The position numbers and the translations under genes are program-made. This document shows positions 47,929 to 59,900 of a stretch of 64,000 nt of DNA, piece after piece (the first letter of the stretch is position 1; every line of letters begins with the position of its first letter). Source of the stretch: Euglena gracilis (lineage: Eukaryota). The notes below the pieces were generated by a model. The model was not told where the DNA came from, made no database searches, and worked only from the letters and a program-made list of their open reading frames with translations. The DNA lies in NCBI GenBank assembly GCA_039621445.1, contig CP154954.1, positions 48,525,847 to 48,589,846 of the forward strand, read 5' to 3'.

Positions 47929-50900
47929 TGGTAAGCTTCGCTCTTACTCTAAAGAGATAAGAGCTCAGCGACCCCGCCATACATACCGGCCCACTCCATG
48001 GAGCTCTTTTGCCTGAAATCCATGGGTTTTGTGCCAGAAACAGGGCGCTGGCGGGTCGAAAAACGCTCATTTTCGGCTCGAAAACAGTTTTTCCGGGTCC
48101 GGGGCATTGTTTTGGTCAAAAAAAAATTTTTGATTTTTTTCGACTTTTTTTGACCCGGTTTTGACCCAAAGTCAATGGGTCGGCGGCCCAGAACGGGGCG
48201 CTGGCGGGTCGAAAAACGCTCGTTTTCGGCTCAAAAACAGTTTTTCCGGGTCCGGGAGGCCAAAAAACATCGTTTCGGGCAAAAAAAATTTTTTCGATTT
48301 TTTTCGACTTTTTGGACCCGGGTTTGACCCAAAGTCAATGGGTCGGCGGCCCAAAACGGGGCGCTGGCGGGTCGAAAAACGCTCGTTTTCGGCTCAAAAA
48401 CAGTTTTTCTGGGTCCGGGAGGCCAAAAAACATCGTTTTGGGCAAAAAAAAATTTTCGATTTTTTTTCGACTTTTTTGTCCGAAAACGGCTAAGTCGAAC
48501 AGAGGGAAAAGTGTACAAAATGGCCTGAAATGGCCCAAATTGGCCAAAAAAACGCCCGTATCTCGGGCTGGGCGGGGAGTTGTGGGGAAACCAAAATCCC
48601 AGTAGATAGAGCGTTCCAAGGGCTTCAATTTAGGTCTCCGGACATTTCCTTTGATTTTGCATCATTTTCGATAAATTTTGAAAACATCGATTTTTTGACC
48701 CCCCACCCCCCCGAAAACGGCTAAGTCGAACAGAGGGAAAAGTGTACAAAACGGCCATCTGCACCGAAAACGGCCGTATCTCGGGCCAGGCGGGGAGTTG
48801 CAGGGAAATCAAAATACCGGTGGATGGGGCGTTCCAAGGGCTTCAATTTAGGTCTCCGGACATTTCCTTTGATTTGGCTTCATTTTGGAGATATTTTGAA
48901 AATTGACATTTTTTGGCCGAAATGGCAGAGTCCAAAGGGAGGGGGGGGGGCGGGCCGATCCTACCCAGTTTGGACCCCTTCGCGCGTGAATAACTCGGGC
49001 CTGGCGGGGAGTTGGGGGTCAAACCCAGGTGATTCGGAAACTAGAAATCCAGTCGCTCGCAACTGAAAAAAAAAATTCCGGGAACGGGGCCGGGATCATG
49101 GTGATAATCCGTCGGTTCTCCTGGTGGCCCCGAGGGGGGGGGAGGGGGGGGTCGAGGGGGGGGATTTCGCCGGTGGTAAGCTTCGCTCTTACCCACCCCC
49201 CCTACCCCTGGGGGCAGGGTCGAGCCGAGTGGGTCCCCCCGGATAGGGGGAGGTTTCCATTATTTTCGTCACGAAGCCCCAAAAATTCTTTTTGACCCCA
49301 AAACTGACCCCTAAAAGCGGCCCTAAGGGGACCACTGGAGGACCCCCGGCACAGAGGGGGGGAGTGGGTCGGATGCCCCCTCCAACTCGAAACACTGGGA
49401 AAATTTTCGGTTCTGTGGATGGTCCAAGGGCTGGATACAAAGCCAAACCTGCTGGAAAATCCCTGATATTTCTTTGAAATAATCCAACAATTCTCATTTT
49501 TTTGAATTTTTCTTACGTGGAAAACGCCAAAACATCCAAAAATGTGGAAGTATATTTTAACTCCAGAAAAAAGTCGTTTCGCTTTCTGGCGGGCAGCACA
49601 CCACACACTAATATTTTTCGCTATTTTCAGAACCTTTTGGGGGTTGGGGGCCTCCCCTACCACCTACCCCCCCCCCTCAGGCTGTCAGGGGATCTGGGGG
49701 GGTTTCCCATACGTCCCTGAGGTCCTCCCTGATGGGTGCGGAGACTGCGCCTCCCCCCCACGGTCTCAAAAAAACCTTTGTTGCCAATGTCGCGGTTCCG
49801 GGTTCGATCCTGGCGGAATCACTTTTTTGGATGCACACATCAAAAGGAAGTTCCTTACACAACACGTTAACACAATGTTTTTTTTGGCCCGCTGTCAGTG
49901 TGTGCAACTACAAAAGTCAAGCGTCAAAAAAAAATCCATCTGCCAAGATGGAATCGGAAATTTTGCATTCGGATGCAGATGCCCCAATCATGATCACAGT
50001 GGAGCCTCCAACGGAGCACCCTCCCACCGTCCCCCTCCTCCCCCTCCCAACACTCGCAGGGGGGGGGTTGCCCACTCCTTGACCTCCCCCGCCCAGGGCC
50101 CCACGCAGCGCGACGCGGCCGTCGCCCCCTCTGTCCTCGATTTCCGTGACCTCTCCCTCCAGTTCTACACCCACTTCTGCCCCGGGTCGCCCTGAGCCTT
50201 CAGGAGGGGGGGGGGTAGGAGGTCCCTCGAGGACGTGGGAGGGCCCCATCGGGGTTTGACCGCAAACAGTAACCTGAGGAGGCCTTGGAAGGTCAACCGA
50301 CGGGTTGGCTGCTCAATTGTTGGGTGGGCCGACTCTGCTGGCTATTCGAACAATTGTTGGGTCGGCCAACTTGCTAGCCGATCAGTCGGTCGACCCCAGA
50401 CCTCCATTTAGTATGTAGCACCAAAAAATTTTTTACGTATCACATGTATCACAGCCTAAAAATTAATGTATCACATATGTATCACCAAAAAAATTTTAAT
50501 GTATCACATATGTATCACCAAGATTTTTTTAATGTATCACATATGTATCACCAATTTTTTTAGAAATTTTTACATTTTTACATTTTTACATCGAAATGTT
50601 TTTTCAGCTTCCTGTTCCACTTTTTATTCTTGTTTCTTTGCCTCTCTGCCTCTGCTGACAAATGGAACATGCGCAGGGGGACCTCGAATCCTCTGCAGAA
50701 TCATCTTCTGTGGCATCAGTCGGGGTTGAGGAAGTTCCGAAAGAGATGTTGTTATTGGAGGTCGTTTCAACACAGAAGGAAGAAAGTGATTACTCTTGTC
50801 CATGGTTTGAGGAATTGTTGTCTCGGAATCCTGTATTCCGTCGTTTTGAAGGTTCCCTTCGGAAGGAGGGCTTTGACAGCAAGGAAACTTTTGGATTCAT

Positions 50901-53900
50901 CACAATTGAGGACATGGCACGCATGGCAATTCCACCGGGGGTGAGGCGTCTTATGGAAGACGTAAAGGGTCAGTTGGCAGTTTTATCCAGCACAGTGTAG
51001 AAGACTTCATCTCATCCCGACCAAAAATTAAAAAATAGCGGCTGAGAAGTTGCTGACAAAAAAACAAAAAAAATATGGCTCCCGGGGACCCGCCCGCCCA
51101 AAGAGAAAACCCCGTGCATGCCTCAAAAACGGAAAAAAAAAGATGGCGGGGACCTGTTTTGGCAGACAGGTCAGCACCAAGCACCTATGCCGACCGCAGC
51201 TGACCACAGCCGACCGCGGCCAACCGCCCAACTTTTTTCTAATTGATGTCAATTTTTCAGTGAGAATTAGGAATTAGGCTCATTTTTATCCCAGATTTTG
51301 AGATTTTTCTGGCTCATCTGGCTCATGGTGTCACTTTTGGCCACTTTTGGCCACGTTTGGCCACTTTTGGCCATTTTAGGTTGCTTTTGTCTCCTTTTGG
51401 CCCATTTGTCACCATAATTCATCAATTTTGACCTATTTTGACCATTTTGGCCACTTTTTGCCCACTTCTTGTAATTTTGGGCCATTTTGTCCTGCTCTTG
51501 GGCCATTTTGGGGCCATTTTTGACCATTTAAAGCCATTTTCGACCCTTTTTTTGTTATTTTTGCCCATTTTTTTGGTCTCTTTTTGGTCCAATTTGACCA
51601 TTTTTGAGCATTTTGTGCCAGTTTGTTGCCAAAAGTGAACAAAAAAAAGCTTCTAAAGTGACCAAAATTGGCCAAACGCAAGGCCATTTTGGGTCATTCT
51701 TGGCCACTTTGGGCATTTTTTTTGTTATTTTTGCCTGCTTTTGGTAACTTTTTGGTCCATTTTGATCATTTTTGACCATTTTGCACCAGGTGCAGCTTCT
51801 GGAGTCTCAAAAACAGTGGCCAAAACAGCTTTTCTTTGGCCTCTTTTGCCCACTTTTGGCCATTTTAACCATTTTTGCCCCCCACCTACGGCCGACTATT
51901 TTGCCGACCACTGCCGACCGCAGCCGACCGCGGGCTAAAATTTGGAATCTGTCATAGGTGCTTGGGCAGCACCACGGAAGTGGGGCTGGAGCAGCCATGG
52001 GACCTGAGTTCCTGAAGCCCGGGTGAGCGCCATCTTACGTGCGTCTGTGAATTTTTCATCTTAAAAATTTGTGTTTCACAATTTTATTATATGTTTCACC
52101 AAGGAGAATTTGTGTATCACATATGTATCACCAAAAAATTTTTAATGTATCACATATGTATCACCAAAAAAAATTTAATGTATCACATACGTATCACCAA
52201 AAAAAATTTAATGTATCACAGATACGTTGTGATACGCACTAAATAGAGGTCTGGTCGACCCACAGTCTAACGCATGTACGGAGGGGGGGGGGTGTTTTCT
52301 TTAGGGTTCGTGACAAAGGAATGTCATTTTGAGTTGTTTTTTTTAGCATTTCTGACACACCAGAATGATTTATGTCATGGATGCTCCGACATCAATGCTA
52401 CCCTCACTTTGCAGCATGGTCTCCCTCCATCAAAAGCACTTCTGAGGGCTTTCGATAGATGGCGCAGCTTCACGTGCTCTTGTTCTGGGCGATCATAGGC
52501 TCTAAATATTTAACGTTGGTCGTCGACCGTCATTTTCGATAGTTCTTGCCATGTTGCCCCTTGATTGCAAACTCTTTGCGAGGGTTTTTAACAGATGGGC
52601 TTTCCACAGAATCCAACCAGGCTGCATATAACTCTTATTCAGGGAATTTGTCCCCCCCCCAATGCACCCAATACCCAAGGGATTTGCCCCCAAAGCGCAT
52701 GTACATCACAAGGGATTTTGTTGTTTTTTTGGGCCCTCAGAATAGTTGTAGGGGGGGAATTAGTATCCGCAATCTCTCCGCAATTCTCGCAGTTTTCCGC
52801 AATTTCCGCAATCTTCCGCAGTTTTCTGCATTTTTTTTCGCAATCTCCGCAATTTTTTTCTGCAATTTTTTCCTTTGCCGCATTTTTACACATGAACCTG
52901 AAACGGAAGGCGAGATGAGATTCTGCCAGTTCTGGAGCGTTTCACAAGGGAACCTGGGTACTTTTTTTTGTCATTTTGTTACGAATTTGCCAAAATTTGT
53001 CAAATTTTACAAAATTTGACAAAATTTGGCAATTTCTTGGTCTCTTTAAGGTGTTTTCCCAATTACTGCTGGGAAATATTTTCGACTTCGAAAAATTCCT
53101 CATTGGACTGGATTTTTTTCTTTTGCCATTTTCGTATTTTTCACCCAAGAAATTCCACATTTCCAGAATCAGCATATTCCCAAAATTACAGAAATCATGT
53201 TTCTTTAAGAGTCTAATGCACTTGGTGCTTTGGACCACAAAAAATTTACTTGAAAATGGCCCCAAACTTATGCATTTGTCCAAAATGTGCAAAAAAACGT
53301 CTCACAGTGGAAAAAAAGAACTTCTCTTGCGGTCCACAAAAGAAGTTGCTTTGGGTTTTTGGGGGTGTTTTGGGGGCAAATCCCTTGTGTCGCTCAACTG
53401 CAGGGGGGGGGGATTGGCATCGGAGGCCTTCGGAAAAATTGCGGGAAAATTGTAGAAAATTTGCGAAAAATTTGTGGAAAAATTGATATCGGGAATACAT
53501 ACAGGCCACTTGGGGTCCCCCATGGTTGGTTTGGGTCCCCAGGTGGGTCCGTGCAGTTCCCCGGTAATTTTCGAAAAATCGATTTTTTGACCTCCGCAAG
53601 GCGAAAAAATGGCCAAGTCCTGTGGGAACCCCTTTTGGGGGGCCCCGTACGGGCCCCAAAAACGGTCCGGATGGGCCGGGGCATGTGGGGTGTTCACATT
53701 TCTGCTGGAGGGGACTTACAAAAATTTCACAAATTTGGTCATTTTGCAACTCAAGCGCAAGTTTTGAGCTGGTAATCACTTTTTTTTTTTCAACGAAAAG
53801 GTCCTGGGTCGGCCGATTAGTCCGTCGACCCAACACTTGGTCGGCCGACTAGTCGGTCGACCTTTTATCAGCAGAACCCCCCCCCCTGCTCCAAAGGCGA

Positions 53901-56900
53901 GTCGGTCAACCCAACAGGATCCACAGGCTACGTTGGCCCTCTGAGCGACCCGGTCGGCTCTCCACCTTCGAGGCCAACCCACTGGAGGTCCCACGCCTAC
54001 TGGAGGTGTTGAGGGAGGACCGGCACGTCCCGTGGTGCACAGCGCTGTTCAACTCCCTGTTCCGGTGTGTGCGTGCATTATGGGTGCATACGTGTGAGCT
54101 TGGGGCGCCTCTGTTTTTTTGTGTGTGGTGTGCGCGCGTGTGTGCATGCGCGCGTGTGTGCATGTGCATATGCACACCCACACGCCACATGTGTGTTATA
54201 ATGTGTGTGCAGATTCCTCGAAGAGTTCTGTGATGCGGGAATAATCAAAGGATGCGATCATTGAAACGTGCATGATTGTGAATGCTCTGAAAGAATATCC
54301 CCTTGGGCCCAGACCGGGGATTTCTCAAGCCAGACCAACCTACTCTGGGGGGGGGTCCAGTCGGTCAGCATTTTTTTTCAGTCAGTAGCTCCTAGCCAGG
54401 CTGGCGCCCCCCCCTCCACGCCGAGTCGAGTGGAAATAACATTTTTGCAGCCTGGCAAAGCAGGGCTGGACCAAAAAAGGGGGTCAAAATGGACAGAATG
54501 GCATTTATTGAAGTTTTTTTTTATGTGTTTCCACCTCAATGCAATAGCGCTGACATGCAAACCCCTCAGTGTCGACGTTGTGTGTCGCCTGGTGGTGTCT
54601 GGTTGGCTTTGCGGGGCCGTCAATCTCACACTGTCCGCAGGGGGTCCAGCCTGTGGGCTGGAAACAGGTGATGGCTGGAGAAAAGGTGCTGGCGGGACCC
54701 TTACCCCTTAGCGGGTGGGGGTCCAGGGGGGATGTGCCCAGCTGGCGCACAAAACAGGCGGAAAATCCCATATCCAGCTGGGTTGTATTTTTCAGACACT
54801 TTGCGGTGGAAACACATAAAATGTACGAACCAAGTGCATTGACACAGCGCGTCGTTGACAGCCGTTCGGTGGACAAGGGTAAGGGGGACAAAGGGCCCCG
54901 GGCCACCCTGTCCCATTGCAGGGCCCTCAGCCGAGCGAAGCGGATGGACGACGCCTGGCACCACTTCGGTAGGATGCGCCAACTGGCGAGGTGCCCGCCA
55001 GCCTCTCCCTCATCCCATTGGGCGTTTGAGCGTTCGTGTCTTGCATTTGAAGTTGTGGATCTTTGTCCCCCCCCCTCGAATCAATGGTTCCTTGACTGGG
55101 TTTGGTGTCTCAGCTACTTCATTGCCTACAGCAACGCAGGCGTTGTTTTGACACATGGCTTTGAACAACAAACCACAGGAGGAATGGTTTGGCGGCAGTT
55201 CGGGGCCTGGCGCTTCTCCCCTCCCCCGGCTGCCACAGGAAGCGCCCCCACTGTCGGCCGGACTCCGCCACGTACTGTACGTTGCTGCTGGGGTTCGCTG
55301 CGGCAGACTCCCATGGCTATTGTGAGCAGGTGCTGACGTTCCTGGAACAGGTGTGGGCCGTGTGCATGGATCCACGCTCACATGTACATACACACATTTT
55401 TTGGACCACATGTTTGTCAGGATGACTGACATTTTTGAGTGTACCTTTCAGAAATTGATTCTTCTTTTTCGACTTTTTCCAGCATCCGAAGAGAATTTCA
55501 AAAGATTTATTTTATGTATATATTTTTCACCTTTTTGGAGATGGACAATTTGTGATGGCATACGCTGATATAATTGCACAACCAAAACTGGTGATTGCAC
55601 ACAAGGTGAATTTTTTTCTGTGTGGAGGAAACCCAGTTAATGGACAAAAACCTCGCATCTGGCTTTGACACATTCATCTGAAATGAAAAAGGCAGCTGAG
55701 TGTGTCTGCAAAGGGGCAAGTGCAATTTCAAAATATGGCACTGATCGGCCAACAAACAACAGTGGATCGAGAAAAAAATCATTAAAATTTGAGATGAAGG
55801 CTGTTTGCCTTTTTTCTCCCCGACTAATTCACCAACTTTTTTACCCCTAATTAATTGATTATCCATCCAGACCTGTTTCTAACACAAAGGAACAAAATCA
55901 CAGACTGAAACATTGAAAACATTTGTTTCTTTAGCCAGAGTACAATGTCGTCTCTCAAATTCTGCTGACCAAGAAAAAACTCAAATTTCAAGGATGGGCC
56001 AGCAATTGAGTGACTGAGCAGAATGTACATGTCACCCACCGCACGATGTGGCGGGGGATCCAGGCCAGCCTGGTGACAGAGGCACACCTCTCAACCACAA
56101 AGGCTGTTCTGAGTCCGAAAATGCACTTCTTTTAACGTGTCACGCTCAGTATTCCCTTTTTTCTGACATCTATTGGTTTGAAAATCTAAGTCATTGGGTT
56201 ATTCCATCCCCGCGGACCTTTTTTCCCTTGTCTGAGTTTAACCTTTGGGAGATGCGTCATGTCAGAATAGCGACCGAACAACACATGGTCGAATTGTATG
56301 GGACCTCCTGTTTGTCCCTCTCTGGCCCACGTGTCATTTAAAGGAGCACTGGCGCTTGAGGCCAGGAACGCTCGCCGTAAGTCCGTCCGTCGTGGCCGCT
56401 CCCACCCACCCCACCGCACAGGACACATGGGTGGTGTGGGACCCGCCGCTCTACGCCGCGGTGCTCGAGGTGTGCTGCCTCGGCCCAATGGGGGCCAGCC
56501 CATTACCCCATTGCCTCGCCTTTAGGTCCTTCCTCCCCCTAGGTGCCTCCACCCGGGTGGGATACCCATGGGGATACTCAAGCTTCAGTATTCAAGCTCA
56601 ACCAGCACCAAAGGATCTTTTGAGCATTTAAAACAGCGCCCATGAGCCGGCTGAATTCAAAGGCGGTGCCGACCCCACCCCAGGGGGGTGGGTGCCTGCC
56701 TGGGCAGGCACTCCAAGGCACCCAGATCCGACCCCGGGGGGGGGGGGGGCACATGGCCAAAAGTGCCTGGGCACTTGACCAAGGCACTTCCAGCGCCAAA
56801 GACGCCGGAAGCCCAGAAAAAGCCATTTTTGGGCACTTTTTGGCCCACGGCCAGGCAGGCACCCCAGTTTGGACCCCTTCGCGGGGGCACATGGCGGTAG

Positions 56901-59900
56901 ACTGGGGGGGGGGTAGTGGGTAGTCGGCCGACTAGCCGGCGAAATACCCACTCTAATGTACTAACGGGTCGAAACCGCCGACTTTTAACCCCCCCCCCAT
57001 GAACAAAATCCTATGCAAACTAGTCGGTCCCGGGAGGGGGGGTAGCGCCTGCCTGTCCAGGCACTGCAGGGCACTCCGAGATCCCCCTCCCCCCCCCCGG
57101 GGTCAGTTTCCGCCTGCCCATGAGCATCCTTGGCTGGCTCTGGATGACGCTCATGGGCGCTTGGGAGCATTCTGGAGTGGTGCCACTCCAGGATGCACAG
57201 AACCAGTTGTGAGCATCCATTTATTGGATATGAACACATTTTTCAGAGGACAGATCCCTGCAAACGGTTCCACAGAAAAGGGCTTGCACAGCAACAGGGA
57301 TTGGTACACACAAAACGTGCGTTCAGCATTCGATATAATTGCGACCGGTGGGGGGCACATTTTTAAGGCGAAAATTCAAAAAAAATTTGGGGTTTTAAGG
57401 CATTTTGAGAATTTCAAGATTTTTTTAAGGCGTCCATTTCCATTGGCAGTCAAAGAGCCACCTGGGCTTCGAACCAACGGTCCAGGTTGAAAATCAAACC
57501 AATTTTTTGAGCTTTGGGTGGATAGATAATGTTCAAGCGATGCCAGAAATCATTTTTTTTCCCCGGAGCCAGAGTTAGTTTGCTTTTTCCAAGATTTTGC
57601 AATTTCTTTTTTGCTCGACTTCCGAAAAATTTTCCACGGCCAATTTCTTAAGGTTTTTTTGAGGTTTTTTTCAGGCATTTTGGCCAATTTTTTTTAAAGG
57701 TTTTCTAAGGTTTTTTTAAAGGTGTCTTAAAAAATAATGCCTGGTGGGGTGTTTGCCCCCTTGACTGCAGGGGGGTCTGCATCGTCCCCCCCCCCCACCT
57801 GTAAACCCCCCCCAAAAATAAGACCCGGGTCTTATTTTTGGGTCCGTTGCTGGAAGCCTCCAGGGGGGGTCTTATTTTTGGGGGGGGTCTTATTTTTGGA
57901 TTTTTTCTTGACCGACCCGGGCCCGAAAAAACAACATTTTTCAGGTTCCCAAGAGCACTAAAATTTTTCCTTCGGCGCTTCGCGCCATGTGAAAATTGGT
58001 GTAAATTGACATTTACCATGTTTTTTTGACCTTCAAAAATATAAAATTTTTTGAATTTCATCATTTTTGTGTGTGAAATTGGGGTTTTTGGTAATATTGC
58101 AGGGAAAATTTTCACCGTCCCCGGCGCTTCGCGCCGTCAAGGGGGGTCTTATTTATGGGGGGGGGGGTCTTATTTTTGGATTTTTGCTCGATCGGCCCAG
58201 GGGTGGTCTTATTTTTGGGGGGGGGGGTCTTATTTTGGGGGGGGGTCTTATTTTTGGGGGGGGTTTACCCGGGACCCTCCCAAAGAGATCCAATTTATCT
58301 TTCGGGAGCTTTGGGAAATTTTTGGAAATTTCGACGTTTTTACCCAATAAGTCCCCAAAACAACATTTTGGGTCAATTTGGGGGGGTAGTCAAATATCAG
58401 CTCCTCCTTTGTGCCTGTGCCGCTGTTTAGGTTGGCCCCTCTTCACTGGGGGGGGGGGCGACCCACCCCCATCTGCCTTTACATCAAATCCTGCATGCGC
58501 TCTGAAGCCTTCGGACGCTCATGAGCACTCAAATTCCAGTGTTTCTCAAGGATGGGTGTGAACATCAGGAACCTCCTCCGACGGTAACCCTGTTTCCACC
58601 CCGAAGTGCCATGCACCAGGGGATTTTCAGAGGGGCTTTGTCCCTACCCCCGTCAATCAGCCAGCACTCCCAGCTGCTGGCTTGGCAAAAGGCTGGGTCT
58701 ACAAAACAGCTGTGGCCATCCCGAACAGCCAAGCTGAGCCGAAATTATCGCAAGCTGGAGGAAACCTTCGAAAGGGTGTTGAAAAGTGCCAAAAATGGGA
58801 GGTTGTTTCCTGGATTACCTCAAGGTTTTTGGCTGAAAAATCATTACCCCCCCCCCCTAGTCGTACGACCACCCCTCATTTATGACCACCCCCCGGTCAC
58901 AGGTTGCAGGTCATGGGGGTGTTATGACCACCCCCCCCGGTCACAGGTTGCAGGTTGCGAAAAATTTAACCCCCAAAAATAAGTCCCCCCCCTGGCCGGT
59001 CCGAGCAAAAATCCATGAAATGGACCCCCCCAAAATAAGGTCCCCCCTGCCGGCGCGAAGCGCCGGATTTTTGAAAAATGGGACATTTTGGGGGGGGTAA
59101 ATCTGCCATTTTGGGACAGTTTTCACACACTTCTACGACCGCCCCCTCATCTATGACCACCCCCCGGTCACAGGTTGCAGGTTATGGGGGTGTTATGACC
59201 ACCCCCCCCGGTCACAGGTTGCAGGAACCCGGTCATACGACTAGGGGGGGGGGTACCTAGACGGATTTGCTTTCAGGTCGCAGCCAGTACTTTTTTTTTT
59301 AGTCGGCCGGACACCCCCCCAGGCTTGCATACGACATTCCTTTGCCTGCACCAACACCGCAGGCGTTCCTCCCGGTGAAGGGGGTGGCTTTCGCCCGCCA
59401 GTGCCACCGGGAGATGCGGGAGCGTGGGATCCGCCCCACCCCCAAGGTGTACGACCTGTTGCTCCAGGTGTGCCGGGGGAAGGACGAGGAGAGGGTTGTT
59501 GCGTAGGATCACGATGAGTATTGTCCGAGACAGCCAGCTTCTCCCCTCGAAATGAAATGAAAATTTTGTCGCCTTCTACCTCCCACGTTGTTGGCTTTCT
59601 CTTGGGTGCTGCTTCTTCGTATTCAAACTCATCCTCTCCCCAAAGCCAGGCTCCTGCATAACTGAATACAGTCTGGACAAAATGACGGGAAACAAAAAAG
59701 ATGGGAAATTTTCTATTTTGGAACAAATTAATGATGGGTAAAATGGCGGTAAAATTTTTGGCAAAAAGATGAAATTTACAAAAAATGGTGCAACCACTTG
59801 ACTCTGTGGGGGTGTGTGGGGTGGCGTTTGCACTATATATTGCAAAAATTGGCGCCCCACTGGCCTTAGTGGTGGGGGGGGGGAATTTGCTAGTGGGGCC

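Larger units (their letters stand above)
41001..49191. mobile_element. Head-to-tail array of four related non-autonomous elements (41001-42751, 42765-43755, 43767/46003-47946, 47958-49191) with internal ~162-bp tandem repeats
   Basis: Units start taagagctcagcgacc (taagcgcgcagccacc in the first) and end G-run + ggtggtaagcttcgctctta. No TSD seen around the array. Confidence 0.85.
50397..52253. mobile_element. CAG...CTG TIR transposon with perfect 8-bp TSD (hAT/P-like non-autonomous)
   Basis: TIR cagacctcYatttagt / actaaatagaggtctg; TSD gtcgaccc (50389-50396, 52254-52261); subterminal tgtatcacatatgtatcacc repeats at both ends. Confidence 0.93.

Noticed and set aside
51958-52022. Apparent AG...GT exon of the PPR gene
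   Set aside because: The AG lies within the TIR of the 51178-51964 element and the phase does not fit.
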